35,571 nt of DNA. Source: an uncultured virus (IMG/VR IMGVR_UViG_3300027732_000002). Its lineage: Duplodnaviria > Heunggongvirae > Uroviricota > Caudoviricetes. The stretch lies in the IMG/VR virus record IMGVR_UViG_3300027732_000002, one strand, 5' to 3'. The notes below the pieces were generated by a model. That model had not been told where the DNA came from and ran no database searches. It was given only the letters and a program-made list of their open reading frames with translations. A program made the translations under genes and the position numbers. Positions 1 to 9,932 of the stretch are shown here, piece by piece; position 1 is the first letter of the stretch; each line of letters opens with the position of its first letter.

Positions 1-221
1 TTGAAAAGGTTGTTGCCCGCAGACTCTAGAACCAGTCTGCGAGCACCTAGAGATTGATTTTTTATATTGCGATCATCTAAGAATAAAATCTTGTAAGATA
101 AAGCATCTGTTTCTGTTGGTTTAGCAAATAGAAAGTAAGATACTTTATCGTCTACAATTGGTTTTGATCGACCAATGCGATAGATTGGCCAATATAAGTT
201 GGCCAGCCCTATCTCATTCAT
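1..221 (-). CDS. Hypothetical protein downstream of DNA polymerase (3' end outside window)
   Basis: Read manually: ATG at 221 overlaps the pol stop and is open to the window edge (MNEIGLANLYWPIYRIGRSKP...LDDRNIKNQSRGARRL). Position and LDxR..RRL pattern resemble the T5 gene following pol. Confidence 0.7.
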   Translation of the reverse strand, partial: MNEIGLANLYWPIYRIGRSKPIVDDKVSYFLFAKPTETDALSYKILFLDDRNIKNQSLGARRLVLESAGNNLF

Positions 222-2505
222 CTTTCTTTACTAGGATATTACCTTCTAGACCGTACCTGCCGTCAAACTTATCAAAACTATAGTCTTGACCCACATCTTG
301 GTCTGTGCCGATTGGACTTCCCATAATGCTACAACCACGATCTAGTTGGGTATATTGCTTTAACACTTTGCAATACTCATCAACGTGTTCGTCTTTTACG
401 ATAGCAACAATAGAGTCATGTACTAGCATAAATATTCTTGCATCCAGACCCAATTTTGCCACAGCATCAGCCGTGTCCATAGCTCCCAACAGATTAACAT
501 CAGAAGCAATACTTTGAACTTCTGCATTGATTCCTGATCGTACTTCATGTGCTGCAATTCCTTTATCTGCACTAAATACATTTGTTAAACGACGCTTGCG
601 ACCAAAGAAACTGTAGGTATAACCATTAGTCTCAATGAACTTCTTGCGAGAGTCCAACCAGCCCTTTAGTTTACTAAACTTGGTAAAGTAAGATTTAATG
701 TCTTCTTTAGCACGATCAATGCCGTAATACTCACCTGTTGCTTTTGTAACTGTATCAGATACCTTCTGTGGGCCACTTCCGTACAAAATTCCAAACGAGA
801 TAGCTTTTGCACTTTGGCGCATGCTGCCATACAGCTTTTTAACGTCTTCTACTGGGCAGGGCAGATCAAATACCATCTTTGCAATTGTGCTATGAAAGTC
901 ACCGCCACTGCTAAAGACTGCTTGGAGGTTCTTGTCGCCACTTAACACCGCGGCATAGTACATCTCGGCTGTTGCCAAGTCTTGAGATACTATCTTATAG
1001 CCCTCCGGGGCCGCAATACAGCCTTTAATAATCGGGTCGTCTCGGGGAATTTGCTGCGCATTAAACTTCCCAGAACTAGACAAACGTCCAGAAGTAGTAA
1101 ATATAAGATTAAAGTTGGTACGTATCCTACAATCTTTGTCAAGCTCGGGTAGAATCTTTGAAACATAGCTGCTCTGAATCTTTCCTAGTTGTCGAACCTT
1201 TAGGATGGCTTGTGGAAGTGGATGCTGATCGCTTAGTTCCTCTAAAACCTCGGCATCCGTTGAAAGTGCACCTGTTTTAGTTAGTTTGCCTGTCGGGGTT
1301 AACTTGCAGTAATCGAATAGCACCACTCGTAGTTGCTGTACTGAGTTAGGGTTGAAAATCTTTCCAGTGTCCTTCTCAAAGGCTTGTACTTGTGGAAAAG
1401 CATAAACTTCTTGTTTAGCTTCTAGAATCCACTTTTCAAGATAATTACCAGCACCTACTAATCGCGGCTTATGAATAGGGATGCCTACTTCTTCCATGTC
1501 CATTAGGAATAGTGTGCCGCGTACTAACAGATTTTTATAAACCCACATTAGCTTGTCGTTCGCTGAAACAATAGGCCAGAACTTTTCAAATAGTTCTAGT
1601 GTTACCGCGGTGTCAATAGCAGCGTACTTGCCGATTACGTCTAGAGGAATTAGATCGTAGGTAAAGTCTTCTTGTAGTACATTGTTCTTTGAACAGTAGT
1701 CCTTCTTAAAGTCGTCCAGTTCCGAGTCATAATCACCATAGTCTGTGTACTTTAGTGCTAGTGGTTTTAGACCATGGCTATCAGTTTCATCGAGCACATA
1801 GTGCATAACCATTGTGTCGTGCACTGCTAGCCGGTTAAACTTAATACCTAGGTGGTAGTTAAACCACTTGTAGTCAAACTTCATGTTGTGAAACACGATT
1901 GTGTAGCGATCACAGATTTGCTGTAACACGGCTAGATGCTCATCACCTAGAATGTCGGTGATAATATAGCGTCCGTGTTTCTTTTTGTAGCTGATTGACA
2001 GCCCTAGCATGTAGCCATCACGAACGTATAGTGCGGTGGTTTCTGTGTCTAGGGCTACTGCTGTTGCATTACTATTTAACACCTCAAGCAGGAATACCAT
2101 CGCCTCATCAGACTTTACAATCCAACCAAAGTCCCCAGTCTTTTGTGCTGAGGTTGTTTCACCACTAACAATTTTATGGATCTTATCTACAGCGCGTTGA
2201 AAGTCGGGCTTGCCTTCTGGCTTGAATACCAACATAGCAGGATTTGTAATGCAAACAAACTTGTCGTGCATTAACAACCCTGCATAATTAGTTACGGATG
2301 TAATCTTTCCATACTCTTTAGCGGCTTCCGAACCTACTAGGATTACAAGGTCATAAAGGTCAAGATCAATGTCTAGGTCAACATCCTTCTTCAGTAGCTT
2401 TTGTATTGGTATCGAACTCATGTGGAACTGTTCGAAGTCAAAGGTAAAGTGGTTGCTGTAGTCTGTGCGACTAGGGGCTTTGTCGATTAGTGCGATTTTA
2501 AGCAT
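214..2505 (-). CDS. pol: DNA polymerase, family A, with 3'-5' exonuclease (T5-like)
   Basis: Exonuclease motifs ALDTET, HNMKFD, YAAID; polymerase motifs TSGRLSS, SQDLATAE, RQSAKAISFGILYG, VHDSI. Confidence 0.97.
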   Translation of the reverse strand: MLKIALIDKAPSRTDYSNHFTFDFEQFHMSSIPIQKLLKKDVDLDIDLDLYDLVILVGSEAAKEYGKITSVTNYAGLLMHDKFVCITNPAMLVFKPEGKPDFQRAVDKIHKIVSGETTSAQKTGDFGWIVKSDEAMVFLLEVLNSNATAVALDTETTALYVRDGYMLGLSISYKKKHGRYIITDILGDEHLAVLQQICDRYTIVFHNMKFDYKWFNYHLGIKFNRLAVHDTMVMHYVLDETDSHGLKPLALKYTDYGDYDSELDDFKKDYCSKNNVLQEDFTYDLIPLDVIGKYAAIDTAVTLELFEKFWPIVSANDKLMWVYKNLLVRGTLFLMDMEEVGIPIHKPRLVGAGNYLEKWILEAKQEVYAFPQVQAFEKDTGKIFNPNSVQQLRVVLFDYCKLTPTGKLTKTGALSTDAEVLEELSDQHPLPQAILKVRQLGKIQSSYVSKILPELDKDCRIRTNFNLIFTTSGRLSSSGKFNAQQIPRDDPIIKGCIAAPEGYKIVSQDLATAEMYYAAVLSGDKNLQAVFSSGGDFHSTIAKMVFDLPCPVEDVKKLYGSMRQSAKAISFGILYGSGPQKVSDTVTKATGEYYGIDRAKEDIKSYFTKFSKLKGWLDSRKKFIETNGYTYSFFGRKRRLTNVFSADKGIAAHEVRSGINAEVQSIASDVNLLGAMDTADAVAKLGLDARIFMLVHDSIVAIVKDEHVDEYCKVLKQYTQLDRGCSIMGSPIGTDQDVGQDYSFDKFDGRYGLEGNILVKKDE

Positions 2506-3355
2506 TTATGTATTCTTTAATTGAGTTCACGTAGTCTTGGTCTAGATCACCAGGATCTACGCCATCAGGTAGTGTTATTTTTTCTACTATGTATCCACAT
2601 TCTTCTAACACAGGCTTTAGGGTTTCAGCGGCTTTATTGCCTGCATCATCACCATCATACATAATAAAAATCTTTTGTATACCTTGGATCTTTAAAGTTA
2701 AAAGTTTAGCACCAGCATCTTTACTAATTGTGTTAGTTCCAAAAGTACAACACACATTTGTAATACCTTTGTCGTAAAGATTCAACATATCAAACATTCC
2801 TTCTACTAAAACCGCAGACGTTGCAGGGATTTCAAAGTTGTCAGGAAAGATTGGCATTGTAATACCGGCGGGGTAGTTTAGGTACCGTGGGTTGCCTTGT
2901 GACATTAGGTGACGGCCTACAAATACCTGAATCTTTTTAGCTACGTTTGTAATAGGAAAAAAGATACGATCTTGTAGTTTTTCATCGCCGCCATTTGTGT
3001 AGAAAGCACCAAAGTGGCGAAGTGTCTTAACACTAATACCACGAAAGGTTTTAGTATAAGGAATTTGTTCCGTTGGAAACTCAACCCCATTTTGACTCGC
3101 ACTTAGATCTTTTAGCTTCTGCTTTAGTTTAGCAACCCTAATTGAAGTAAAGTTACTAACAACTCCAAAATGTTTAAAGATATTGCACTTGTATCCGCAA
3201 CTAAAGCAGTGAGCAATACCTGTTAGTTGGTCAATTCTAAAACTAGGAGTGCTGTCGATATGCTCTGGTGATAAACAGTTAGTAACAAAATCTTTAGCGC
3301 TGGTCTGGTAACGAACACCTTCTTTGTCTAGCAGATCTTGTACTGGATTACTCAT
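2498..3355 (-). CDS. DNA primase (Zn finger + TOPRIM)
   Basis: CLSPEH..TPSF..HCFSCG zinc finger; VEGMFD and MYDGDDAG TOPRIM motifs. Start placed at MSNPV (3355), which overlaps the upstream stop as TAATG. Confidence 0.93.
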   Translation of the reverse strand: MSNPVQDLLDKEGVRYQTSAKDFVTNCLSPEHIDSTPSFRIDQLTGIAHCFSCGYKCNIFKHFGVVSNFTSIRVAKLKQKLKDLSASQNGVEFPTEQIPYTKTFRGISVKTLRHFGAFYTNGGDEKLQDRIFFPITNVAKKIQVFVGRHLMSQGNPRYLNYPAGITMPIFPDNFEIPATSAVLVEGMFDMLNLYDKGITNVCCTFGTNTISKDAGAKLLTLKIQGIQKIFIMYDGDDAGNKAAETLKPVLEECGYIVEKITLPDGVDPGDLDQDYVNSIKEYINA

Positions 3356-3603
3356 TATCGTAGTTCTGGTGGTAGGTCGCGGCGTAAAGTTTCGTGTAGG
3401 TAGGAGTGGTAGCAATGACCACCCTGTAGACCCTGCCAGCTAAATAGGAAATCAATAACCGGCCTCATGATCCTGCCAGCAATCTTGTCTTGGTTTTCAA
3501 GACGAAACATATAGCTAGAAATAGTTTCGTCCGGCCATCCGCCAATTAGTGTGGTTGCTAGTTGGTCAATGCCGATCAGTATGTTGATTAAGTATTCTTT
3601 CAT
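3355..3603 (-). CDS. Small phage hypothetical protein (DQLxxxxxGGWPDETISS type)
   Basis: Coupled by TAATG overlaps to the helicase and primase genes; start MKEYL at 3603. Confidence 0.75.
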   Translation of the reverse strand: MKEYLINILIGIDQLATTLIGGWPDETISSYMFRLENQDKIAGRIMRPVIDFLFSWQGLQGGHCYHSYLHETLRRDLPPELR

Positions 3604-4985
3604 TATACGTCCCATGGAATATCTGATTTGGAATCCGGAGCAGTCTCTTGAGTACGCTTACCGGCCTTTTTAATTGTTTCTTTTGAAGCAGGTTGTTCGA
3701 TTGAGTGGGGGCTGATACGAAGTGTAGACCAGTCAATAGGACTAGTAAACGTCATTTCACGATTGCCACGAATCTTAGTAGTTTGAAAAGTGAGAGCAGC
3801 GCTCTCCTTATCATGCGCCTCCATAACAAGTGCAATATCTGCAGCATCTAAAATCCCCTTAGCAAAACGGGCCTCGCCAGTAGCATCAATTTGATATGGA
3901 CTCACCATAACAATGTCGTACTTGCGGGCTAACTCTTTTAGCTTCTTTGAAACAATAATCTGGGGCTGCCAGTCAAACTGATTAGCGCCCTCTACTACAA
4001 TTTGATTTAGGTAGTCTACAACGGCCACAGTGAACTTATCGCCAAAACGAGACTTGATCTTGCCTAGGTGGAGGTCTAGGGTTGTTAGGCTTAACGCGCG
4101 ATCATCAATAATAATCATTTGGTTGTCTGGCTTTAGTTCTTTTGACCTAACCAACTCAGACTCAAACTTGTAACGATCTCGGTGTGTTTTGAAATTCTCC
4201 ACTAGATCACCCGCATCTAGGAACATATCTGATCTGCACTTTACTAACTGTAAAATCTCAGAATCGGACAGTGTGCCCTTCTTGATGTTTTGGTGATCGA
4301 CGTTTGCTAGTATAGATAGGTTACGCTCTAGTACCTCATGAGCAACCATTTCAATTGTAAAGATTACGGAGGTGTTACCAGCCTCGTATTGATTTGTTAC
4401 TATGTTTGAAGCACAGATCGACTTTCCACTACCACGCTTACCACCAATTAGAATAAGTTCCTGGCGAGCAACGCCAGCAAGATTAGCGTCAAAGGTATTG
4501 TTAAAGCCAAGATGAACACGATCTCGGGCCAACTCTGCTGCGTTCTTGAACAGCATAATGTCAGCCATTGAGTATACGCCTTCGGTAGTAAGTGTTTTTT
4601 CATCTAGTGTAAGTACTATGCTGGATAAGTTTTCTTTGATTTCCTGAGTGTCGTAGACAGGAAGTTTATCAATAAACTTGTCTAGCAGCTTGATAGTTTC
4701 GTTTTGTGTGTATTGGTCGATTAGGGCTGCTAAGGCTACTTCACCGGAAATGTCGGCGGAGTCGACTAGTTTTAGGGTCGCTAGTGTGCGAAGTGCAGGA
4801 CCATCACGGAGTGTTATTCCTAGTTCATCAAAACTAGGAATGTTGCTGTAGGTATCGTAATACTTACCAATAGCACTATAAAGGCTGGAAAATGCTGGAT
4901 CTAAAAAGACGAGTTTGAGCTTGCTCCACGTATCTAGATTCCGCTCCTCCAACATCTTATTTAGAACAATAGCACTGCAATCCAT
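3603..4985 (-). CDS. Replicative DnaB-like helicase (T5 D6-like)
   Basis: Walker A GGKRGSGKS, FTIEM, VVDYL, ARFAKGILDAAD; lies near the primase. Confidence 0.93.
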   Translation of the reverse strand: MDCSAIVLNKMLEERNLDTWSKLKLVFLDPAFSSLYSAIGKYYDTYSNIPSFDELGITLRDGPALRTLATLKLVDSADISGEVALAALIDQYTQNETIKLLDKFIDKLPVYDTQEIKENLSSIVLTLDEKTLTTEGVYSMADIMLFKNAAELARDRVHLGFNNTFDANLAGVARQELILIGGKRGSGKSICASNIVTNQYEAGNTSVIFTIEMVAHEVLERNLSILANVDHQNIKKGTLSDSEILQLVKCRSDMFLDAGDLVENFKTHRDRYKFESELVRSKELKPDNQMIIIDDRALSLTTLDLHLGKIKSRFGDKFTVAVVDYLNQIVVEGANQFDWQPQIIVSKKLKELARKYDIVMVSPYQIDATGEARFAKGILDAADIALVMEAHDKESAALTFQTTKIRGNREMTFTSPIDWSTLRISPHSIEQPASKETIKKAGKRTQETAPDSKSDIPWDV

Positions 4986-5284
4986 TAAGTCACCTTAGAT
5001 TCGTTATCAATGATAACTTGGTTCAATATCTCTTCTAACTTGTACAGTACTTCTGACCTAAGTTTCTTTAGATCACTCTGATAAGTGTTGCCTTTGTCAT
5101 AAAGTATACTTAGCTGCTGATGTGTAACCATTTGCTGTAGACCAAAGTAGATTAGGTCGTGAGCCTTAGTAGATTCTGGTGTGATCTCTACCTTGACTTG
5201 ACGACCATAATTATGGATGGCTTGACTAACTACTTCTTCTACAGTAAATGACTCGGTGTCATGGTAGCTCAGTGTTACTTTCAT
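4985..5284 (-). CDS. Hypothetical protein
   Basis: 99 aa ORF with TAATG coupling to the helicase. Confidence 0.75.
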   Translation of the reverse strand: MKVTLSYHDTESFTVEEVVSQAIHNYGRQVKVEITPESTKAHDLIYFGLQQMVTHQQLSILYDKGNTYQSDLKKLRSEVLYKLEEILNQVIIDNESKVT

Positions 5285-5435
5285 ATTGTTTTAGCGCTAC
5301 TCGCACTTCCTCTAGATGTTTTAAAATGGTGTTGTAATAGCGTACATCAGTATCATAAACTTCATCCTCATATCGCTGCGCTTCGCGGGTGAAGTACCAT
5401 TGTACATGGGTTAACAGTTCTTTGCTAAATCTCAT
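5259..5435 (-). CDS. Small hypothetical protein (58 aa, not in ORF track)
   Basis: Read manually: GGAG RBS then MRFSKELLTHVQWYFTREAQRYEDEVYD... Confidence 0.55.
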   Translation of the reverse strand: MRFSKELLTHVQWYFTREAQRYEDEVYDTDVRYYNTILKHLEEVRVALKQYESNTELP

Positions 5436-5448
5436 TATTTCTCCAGCG

Positions 5449-5484
5449 AAAAAAGGGATAGAGATAACAATAATCTCTATCCCT
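5449..5484 (-). terminator. Rho-independent terminator after D5
   Basis: AGGGATAGAGAT/ATCTCTATCCCT stem followed by a T run on the minus strand. Confidence 0.75.
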
Positions 5485-5504
5485 AAAAATAGTTAGAACA
5501 CTAT

Positions 5505-6260
5505 TTAAGCGGTGACTGCTGTCTTAGATTCCGCCTTAGCCTTCTTAGCAGCGCCGTCGTAGTCGGCAACTGTCAACCCACGGCGGGTTAGAAGGGTCTT
5601 AATACCGCGCTCGGTCTTGTCGGTAGCAGCAGCAATTTCAGCAACTGACATACTGTAGAGACCATCACCAAGTTGTGTTACAACATCGACTGCGGCGTTT
5701 GCGTGTGATTCCCGTTGTGTAGGAATCTTGTCGATCTGGCCGTTACGGGTAAGGCTAAGAGCCTTGCCGCGAACTGAAGCAATGGTCTTGCCAAGTGCTG
5801 AGGCAATATCCTCAATGAACTTGCCAGATTGAACCATGCTAACAAACTTGGTCTCTTCTTGCTCAGTATAAGTACGAGCTGCCTCAACCTTTTCGGCGGG
5901 CTTAACAAGACCGGTGAGTTCTAGTGCTAGAATCTTACCCTGTACTTGCTTGGCGGAGAAGATGCCGCCTTCAAAACCTTCAGCGATTTGCTTGTAGGTT
6001 AGTTGATTTGCATTATCGTTTACAAACGATGCTAGTGAAGCGCCTTGGTCTGGTGTAAAGGCCGAAGTCTTTTCCTTAGCCATTGATGCTACTTCGTGAT
6101 CTAGCTGACGAAGTTTTGCGGCGACTGAACGGCTAGATACGTCTAGCTCAGCTGCTGCTTGCTCTACTGCGGCTACAGAGACAGGCGACTGCGAACCAAC
6201 AATACTTAGTAGAGTTGCAACTGCGTCTTCTGACCACTTCTTTGCTTTTTCTGTTGACAT
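5505..6260 (-). CDS. D5: T5 D5-like DNA-binding transcription regulator
   Basis: Repeated HTH-like units; AKQVQGKILALE, RGKALSL, ERGIKTLLTRRGL..DYDGAAK match my recollection of T5 D5; adjacent to the ligase as in T5. Confidence 0.9.
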   Translation of the reverse strand: MSTEKAKKWSEDAVATLLSIVGSQSPVSVAAVEQAAAELDVSSRSVAAKLRQLDHEVASMAKEKTSAFTPDQGASLASFVNDNANQLTYKQIAEGFEGGIFSAKQVQGKILALELTGLVKPAEKVEAARTYTEQEETKFVSMVQSGKFIEDIASALGKTIASVRGKALSLTRNGQIDKIPTQRESHANAAVDVVTQLGDGLYSMSVAEIAAATDKTERGIKTLLTRRGLTVADYDGAAKKAKAESKTAVTA

Positions 6261-6263
6261 TTT

Positions 6264-7022
6264 TTAAGTTTCTTTCTGGGTTAATAAATCGTTTAGATTT
6301 GTGATGATTGTTATGCCGTATTCCTCGGCCTTCTTACGTTTCGTGCTAGCCTTGTCTTCTTCATCAACAAGGTAGTTAGTAGTACGCGTTACCGCCTCTA
6401 CTACTTTGAATCCTGCGGCTGCCAGTACCTTGGCTGCTTCGGATTTCGTTTTATAACTTACTAGCTTGCCAGTAATACATACTGTCAAGCTGTTAGTATC
6501 TGGTAGTTCTGCTTTACTAGAACGGAAATCAAAGGGCAAAAACTCTTTGATTTCTTGAAAGTCGGTTGCCAACCAAGTTAGCAAATTCTCTGTTACTTTA
6601 GCACCTAGTCCTGCTGCTTTACAGGTTTCTTCGTTGATTTCGTCAATATGACCCACTACTGCACAGATCTTGGTGGTAGCCGTATTACCCACTAGAGGGA
6701 TAGCAAAACTTGTTAATACTGTTGCAAGATCGGCTGACTTAGCCTTATTGATTTCAATAATTAACTTTTCAGCTAGACGATCTGAACCTAGAACCTCAAC
6801 AAGCTCAGACTCTTCCAACCAAAAGATTTCAGTAATATCAGCAAGATTTAGTTTTTGCACTGTTTTTGGGCCAAGACCCTTAATACTTAGTGTACGGCAA
6901 AAATGTTCAATCTTCTTTGACAACTGAGCACCACAGGCTAGATTTCTACAAAAGAGTTGGGCATTAACCAACTCTAGGGGGTAGTCACAGCACGGGCAGT
7001 TAGTTGGAATTTCGATAATCAT
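6264..7022 (-). CDS. ligB: NAD-dependent DNA ligase subunit B (Zn finger, HhH, BRCT)
   Basis: CPCC...CRNLAC zinc finger, IKGLGPK HhH, VCITGKL BRCT. Confidence 0.92.
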   Translation of the reverse strand: MIIEIPTNCPCCDYPLELVNAQLFCRNLACGAQLSKKIEHFCRTLSIKGLGPKTVQKLNLADITEIFWLEESELVEVLGSDRLAEKLIIEINKAKSADLATVLTSFAIPLVGNTATTKICAVVGHIDEINEETCKAAGLGAKVTENLLTWLATDFQEIKEFLPFDFRSSKAELPDTNSLTVCITGKLVSYKTKSEAAKVLAAAGFKVVEAVTRTTNYLVDEEDKASTKRKKAEEYGITIITNLNDLLTQKET

Positions 7023-7048
7023 TGGTAAATTATTTGCTTTGAGTATGT

Positions 7049-7077
7049 ATTATACGGTAAAAGGCTACACAGTTCAA
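7049..7077 (-). promoter_or_regulatory. sigma70-type promoter for ligB-D5
   Basis: TTGAAC-17 nt-TATAAT. Confidence 0.75.
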
Positions 7078-7093
7078 GTCTAAATTTTGATAC

Positions 7094-8041
7094 CTACTCG
7101 ACCTTATGCAACACTTGCGGAATGATCTCACCAGCACGTCGAACTGCTACTGTGTCACCAATGCGTAGATCTAGTGTACGAATAAACTCACCATTATTAA
7201 GAGTTGCCCTAGATACCAAAGCATCGCCAATAAGTACAGGCTGTAAAATTGCCACGGGAGTGACTTTGCCTGACTTTCCAACTTGCCATTCGACTGATAA
7301 TAGTGTTGTTTCAACATGAGCAGACCGCTCCTTTTGTGCGTAGGCACCTCGAGGATGCTTACTAGTATGTCCTAGAACATCAAAGTCAGCGTTATTGTTG
7401 ACTCTGAACACTAAACCGTCTGTAGGGTAGACTTCGCTTAAGTTGCGGTCTTGGACGGTAGAAAATCCCATCTTCTTTAGAGAAGCGAGATCGCTAGTAA
7501 ATTCTTCGGTGATATAGGGATAAACACCATACGCAAAGAATTCAATAGAACGAGTACGAAACTCGTCTACAGAGTTTAGATTTAGTGCACCAGCCGCATA
7601 GTTGCGTGCGTTTTCAACGTGTTTAGGAGCACATACCTCACCTGTTACTTGGATAACACCTAAATGCTTGATTTTGTTTGGTACTAGCTTTGTGTTTGTA
7701 AACTTTTCAGTAACGTCTTTGCCTTCGATACCATCACCACGAGTAAGCGCCTGAGTTAAAACACCATTAATGTACAGCAAACTTACGGCTGCGCCGTCAA
7801 GTTTAGGAGTCATTGACTTGTTTTTATGGTCAGGCAGGGGCACAGCACCCTCGTCTACATAGTACTTCTGTAGGCTGTACATTCTGTGGTAGTGGCGGCA
7901 CACATCTTCATGTTGACGAGCGCCAACGGCACTATACCCAATTTGGTCGGCCAGTGCATCAAATACCTCATCAGTGATGATGGGTGATCCAGCGTAATAC
8001 TGAATACTTGCTTCGTCTAGAAAGTCTTTGATTTTGTTCAT
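7094..8041 (-). CDS. ligA: NAD-dependent DNA ligase subunit A (adenylation + OB domains)
   Basis: KLDG motif I, LTRGDG, TGE, ARNYAAG, TDGLV, RAGEIIP. Confidence 0.95.
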   Translation of the reverse strand: MNKIKDFLDEASIQYYAGSPIITDEVFDALADQIGYSAVGARQHEDVCRHYHRMYSLQKYYVDEGAVPLPDHKNKSMTPKLDGAAVSLLYINGVLTQALTRGDGIEGKDVTEKFTNTKLVPNKIKHLGVIQVTGEVCAPKHVENARNYAAGALNLNSVDEFRTRSIEFFAYGVYPYITEEFTSDLASLKKMGFSTVQDRNLSEVYPTDGLVFRVNNNADFDVLGHTSKHPRGAYAQKERSAHVETTLLSVEWQVGKSGKVTPVAILQPVLIGDALVSRATLNNGEFIRTLDLRIGDTVAVRRAGEIIPQVLHKVE

Positions 8042-8047
8042 GAATCT

Positions 8048-8076
8048 ATTATAGCACTTTAGGCATTTGATTTCAA
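8048..8076 (-). promoter_or_regulatory. sigma70-type promoter for ligA (probably leaderless mRNA)
   Basis: TTGAAA-17-TATAAT with only 6 nt before the ATG. Confidence 0.7.
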
Positions 8077-8355
8077 CTGTGTTATTTTGTTGCTAAAGTA
8101 ATTAGTGATAACATCAACCGATTCTTCTTGGCTACAGATTTCAATTAGTCCATCCAGCATAGCAAAGATGTTTTGAATTGAAGCCGGAATAGAAGCGCCT
8201 TCCTTGCTTGGCATGTACTCACCTTCGTAAGTCAAAAAGTACTTACGAAGGTGGAGATACTGCACCTCTCGAAACTCTGACACAGTTAAACGATATTGAA
8301 AGCCTTTTTCAGTGTTTTCAAAAATTGTTTTGCTAAAAATATCGTTATCACCCAT
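8059..8355 (-). CDS. PC4/p15-like ssDNA-binding protein (T5-like)
   Basis: YRLTVSEFREVQYLHLRKYF...PSKEGASIP is a PC4-type pattern; upstream of ligA as in T5. Start uncertain (the ORF extends to a TTG at 8439). Confidence 0.8.
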   Translation of the reverse strand: MGDNDIFSKTIFENTEKGFQYRLTVSEFREVQYLHLRKYFLTYEGEYMPSKEGASIPASIQNIFAMLDGLIEICSQEESVDVITNYFSNKITQLKSNA

Positions 8356-8448
8356 TCTTGGTGTGTTCCATAAGTTGATAGGACCAAAATGAATGTTCGG
8401 CCAGGAAATTGCGCTTGGATTTTCGGAGGTTTGGCGCAAGGTAAAAAA

Positions 8449-8628
8449 TCACACCTTGGCGGTTGCCTTCGTCATGGACTCTTTAATGTCCATTAGTTGC
8501 GTCATTGTAAACGGCGATGACTTACCTACTAGTGATCCGCCCATTGTTACCATGTCCATCATTACTGTGGCTGGTAGGGTGGCAGTTAGTAGGCTGGCTT
8601 TTGTTAGGTGGCTAAGAATGTCTTTCAT
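8449..8628 (-). CDS. Small hypothetical protein (59 aa, not in ORF track)
   Basis: Read manually: AAGGA RBS, MKDILSHLTKASLLTATLPATVMMDMVTMGGSLVGK... Confidence 0.65.
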   Translation of the reverse strand: MKDILSHLTKASLLTATLPATVMMDMVTMGGSLVGKSSPFTMTQLMDIKESMTKATAKV

Positions 8629-8637
8629 TTATTTCCT

Positions 8638-9252
8638 TTAATTAAAATGAGCACCGATGGCTTCGAGTGCTTCTAGTGATGCCAACTCCTCGGCTGGCTG
8701 GTATGCGTATTGCTGCCACTTTTCTGACAACAACCACACGCGATAAACCCAAATGTCGTTTTGGGTTGATTCTTTCTCAATGCGGGCAATTGAATCATAC
8801 CGTGCCGAGTATACTACCTCGTTTACCTTAAACCGGCTCCGCATTGCGGCCTCTGGAATAAGTTCTGGTCGAAAGTAATCATGACTGCTAGCACGGCGGG
8901 GCACACTGTACTCCTCTAGAATGTTATTAACGAAGGTTGGGGAACGAAATAGTCGGTCTGCAATCTTGCTTACTGGAGCACCTTCTAGGTAGTCTTTTAC
9001 AATGTAAATAACATCATCTCTGCTAGCCGGCTTGCCACGATTAGCCGCTCGTCGTTCTGCTTCTTTGGCTTTCTTTTCTTTGAACTTTTCAACTAGGGTA
9101 GTTAGCCTAGCAGTATTGTAAGCAATGTTTAGTGCTGCACAAGCATCTTTTTTACTGCAAGGCTTTTCAGCCTCCAACATTTGGATAACGCGAACCATGT
9201 TGGTATCATCCAACTTTTCTGCATCACCCATTTTTGTTTTACGAACACCCAT
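8638..9252 (-). CDS. D2: T5 D2-like protein
   Basis: KKDACAALNI, YLEG..VSKIADRLFRS and IPEAAM resemble remembered T5 D2; lies in the replication module. Confidence 0.8.
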   Translation of the reverse strand: MGVRKTKMGDAEKLDDTNMVRVIQMLEAEKPCSKKDACAALNIAYNTARLTTLVEKFKEKKAKEAERRAANRGKPASRDDVIYIVKDYLEGAPVSKIADRLFRSPTFVNNILEEYSVPRRASSHDYFRPELIPEAAMRSRFKVNEVVYSARYDSIARIEKESTQNDIWVYRVWLLSEKWQQYAYQPAEELASLEALEAIGAHFN

Positions 9253-9270
9253 TATAACTCCCTAAATGAC

Positions 9271-9296
9271 AAAAGGCAGGACTAAGCCTGCCTTTT
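9271..9296. terminator. Potentially bidirectional terminator after D3
   Basis: AAAAGGCAGG-actaag-CCTGCCTTTT. Confidence 0.75.
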
Positions 9297-9298
9297 GA

Positions 9299-9652
9299 TT
9301 AGCCAATGATAGAAGCGAAGTATACGGCAGCCTTGCCAGTTAGCTTGTCGAGAATTTCGTCGTCTACGGTCTTGCCAGCGGCTTCGATAGCGGCTTTGAG
9401 CGCGGCAATTGAGGACTCTTTTGACACACGCTTTGGAGCGCCGTCTTTAGGAGCAGCAGTCTTCTTATCTGAAGTACCTGCGTCCTTCTTGACATAAACA
9501 CCGGCTTGCACTAGAACCATGCGAACGCCATTTGGTGACTGTTCGTGTTCTTCGGCGATACTCTTAATGAGTTCGGTGCTGGTTTCTGGAGTAGGCTCGC
9601 CTGCAACATAAGCGTCGATGACGGTCTGCTTCATTTCTTCTGTCCATGCCAT
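9299..9652 (-). CDS. D3: T5 D3-like DNA-binding protein
   Basis: SPNGVRMVL..AGVYVKK and ILDKLTGKAA match remembered T5 D3. Confidence 0.85.
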   Translation of the reverse strand: MAWTEEMKQTVIDAYVAGEPTPETSTELIKSIAEEHEQSPNGVRMVLVQAGVYVKKDAGTSDKKTAAPKDGAPKRVSKESSIAALKAAIEAAGKTVDDEILDKLTGKAAVYFASIIG

Positions 9653-9665
9653 GATTTATATTTCC

Positions 9666-9926
9666 TTAGTGTTTAGTTGTGGTAGTTTTAGGATAGCCAT
9701 TTTGTATTAGTGATTCGTCTAGCAATTTGATATACATCGCGTGATAACATATCATTAGATCGTATAAAACATCAGTAGGCACTAAACTCATTGGTAAGGT
9801 TTCTGGATTTGTTTTATTATCGCAGGCTTCTTCAATTCTAGCACATATTTGTATTGCGCGCTCGTAACCTTGAAAAATACTGTTTGAATCCCAAATCCTG
9901 AACTTTCGTTTGTTTCTTGAGTTCAT
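9666..9926 (-). CDS. Hypothetical protein
   Basis: 86 aa ORF directly behind a promoter. Confidence 0.65.
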   Translation of the reverse strand: MNSRNKRKFRIWDSNSIFQGYERAIQICARIEEACDNKTNPETLPMSLVPTDVLYDLMICYHAMYIKLLDESLIQNGYPKTTTTKH

Positions 9927-9932
9927 GTTATT

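Noticed and set aside
214..2505. Intein or intron in the polymerase
   Set aside because: The ORF is continuous, of normal length, and shows no splicing or homing-endonuclease motifs.
6264..8041. Ligase split as a pseudogene or frameshift
   Set aside because: A two-gene NAD-dependent ligase is normal for T5-like phages. Both halves are intact and ligB has its own promoter.
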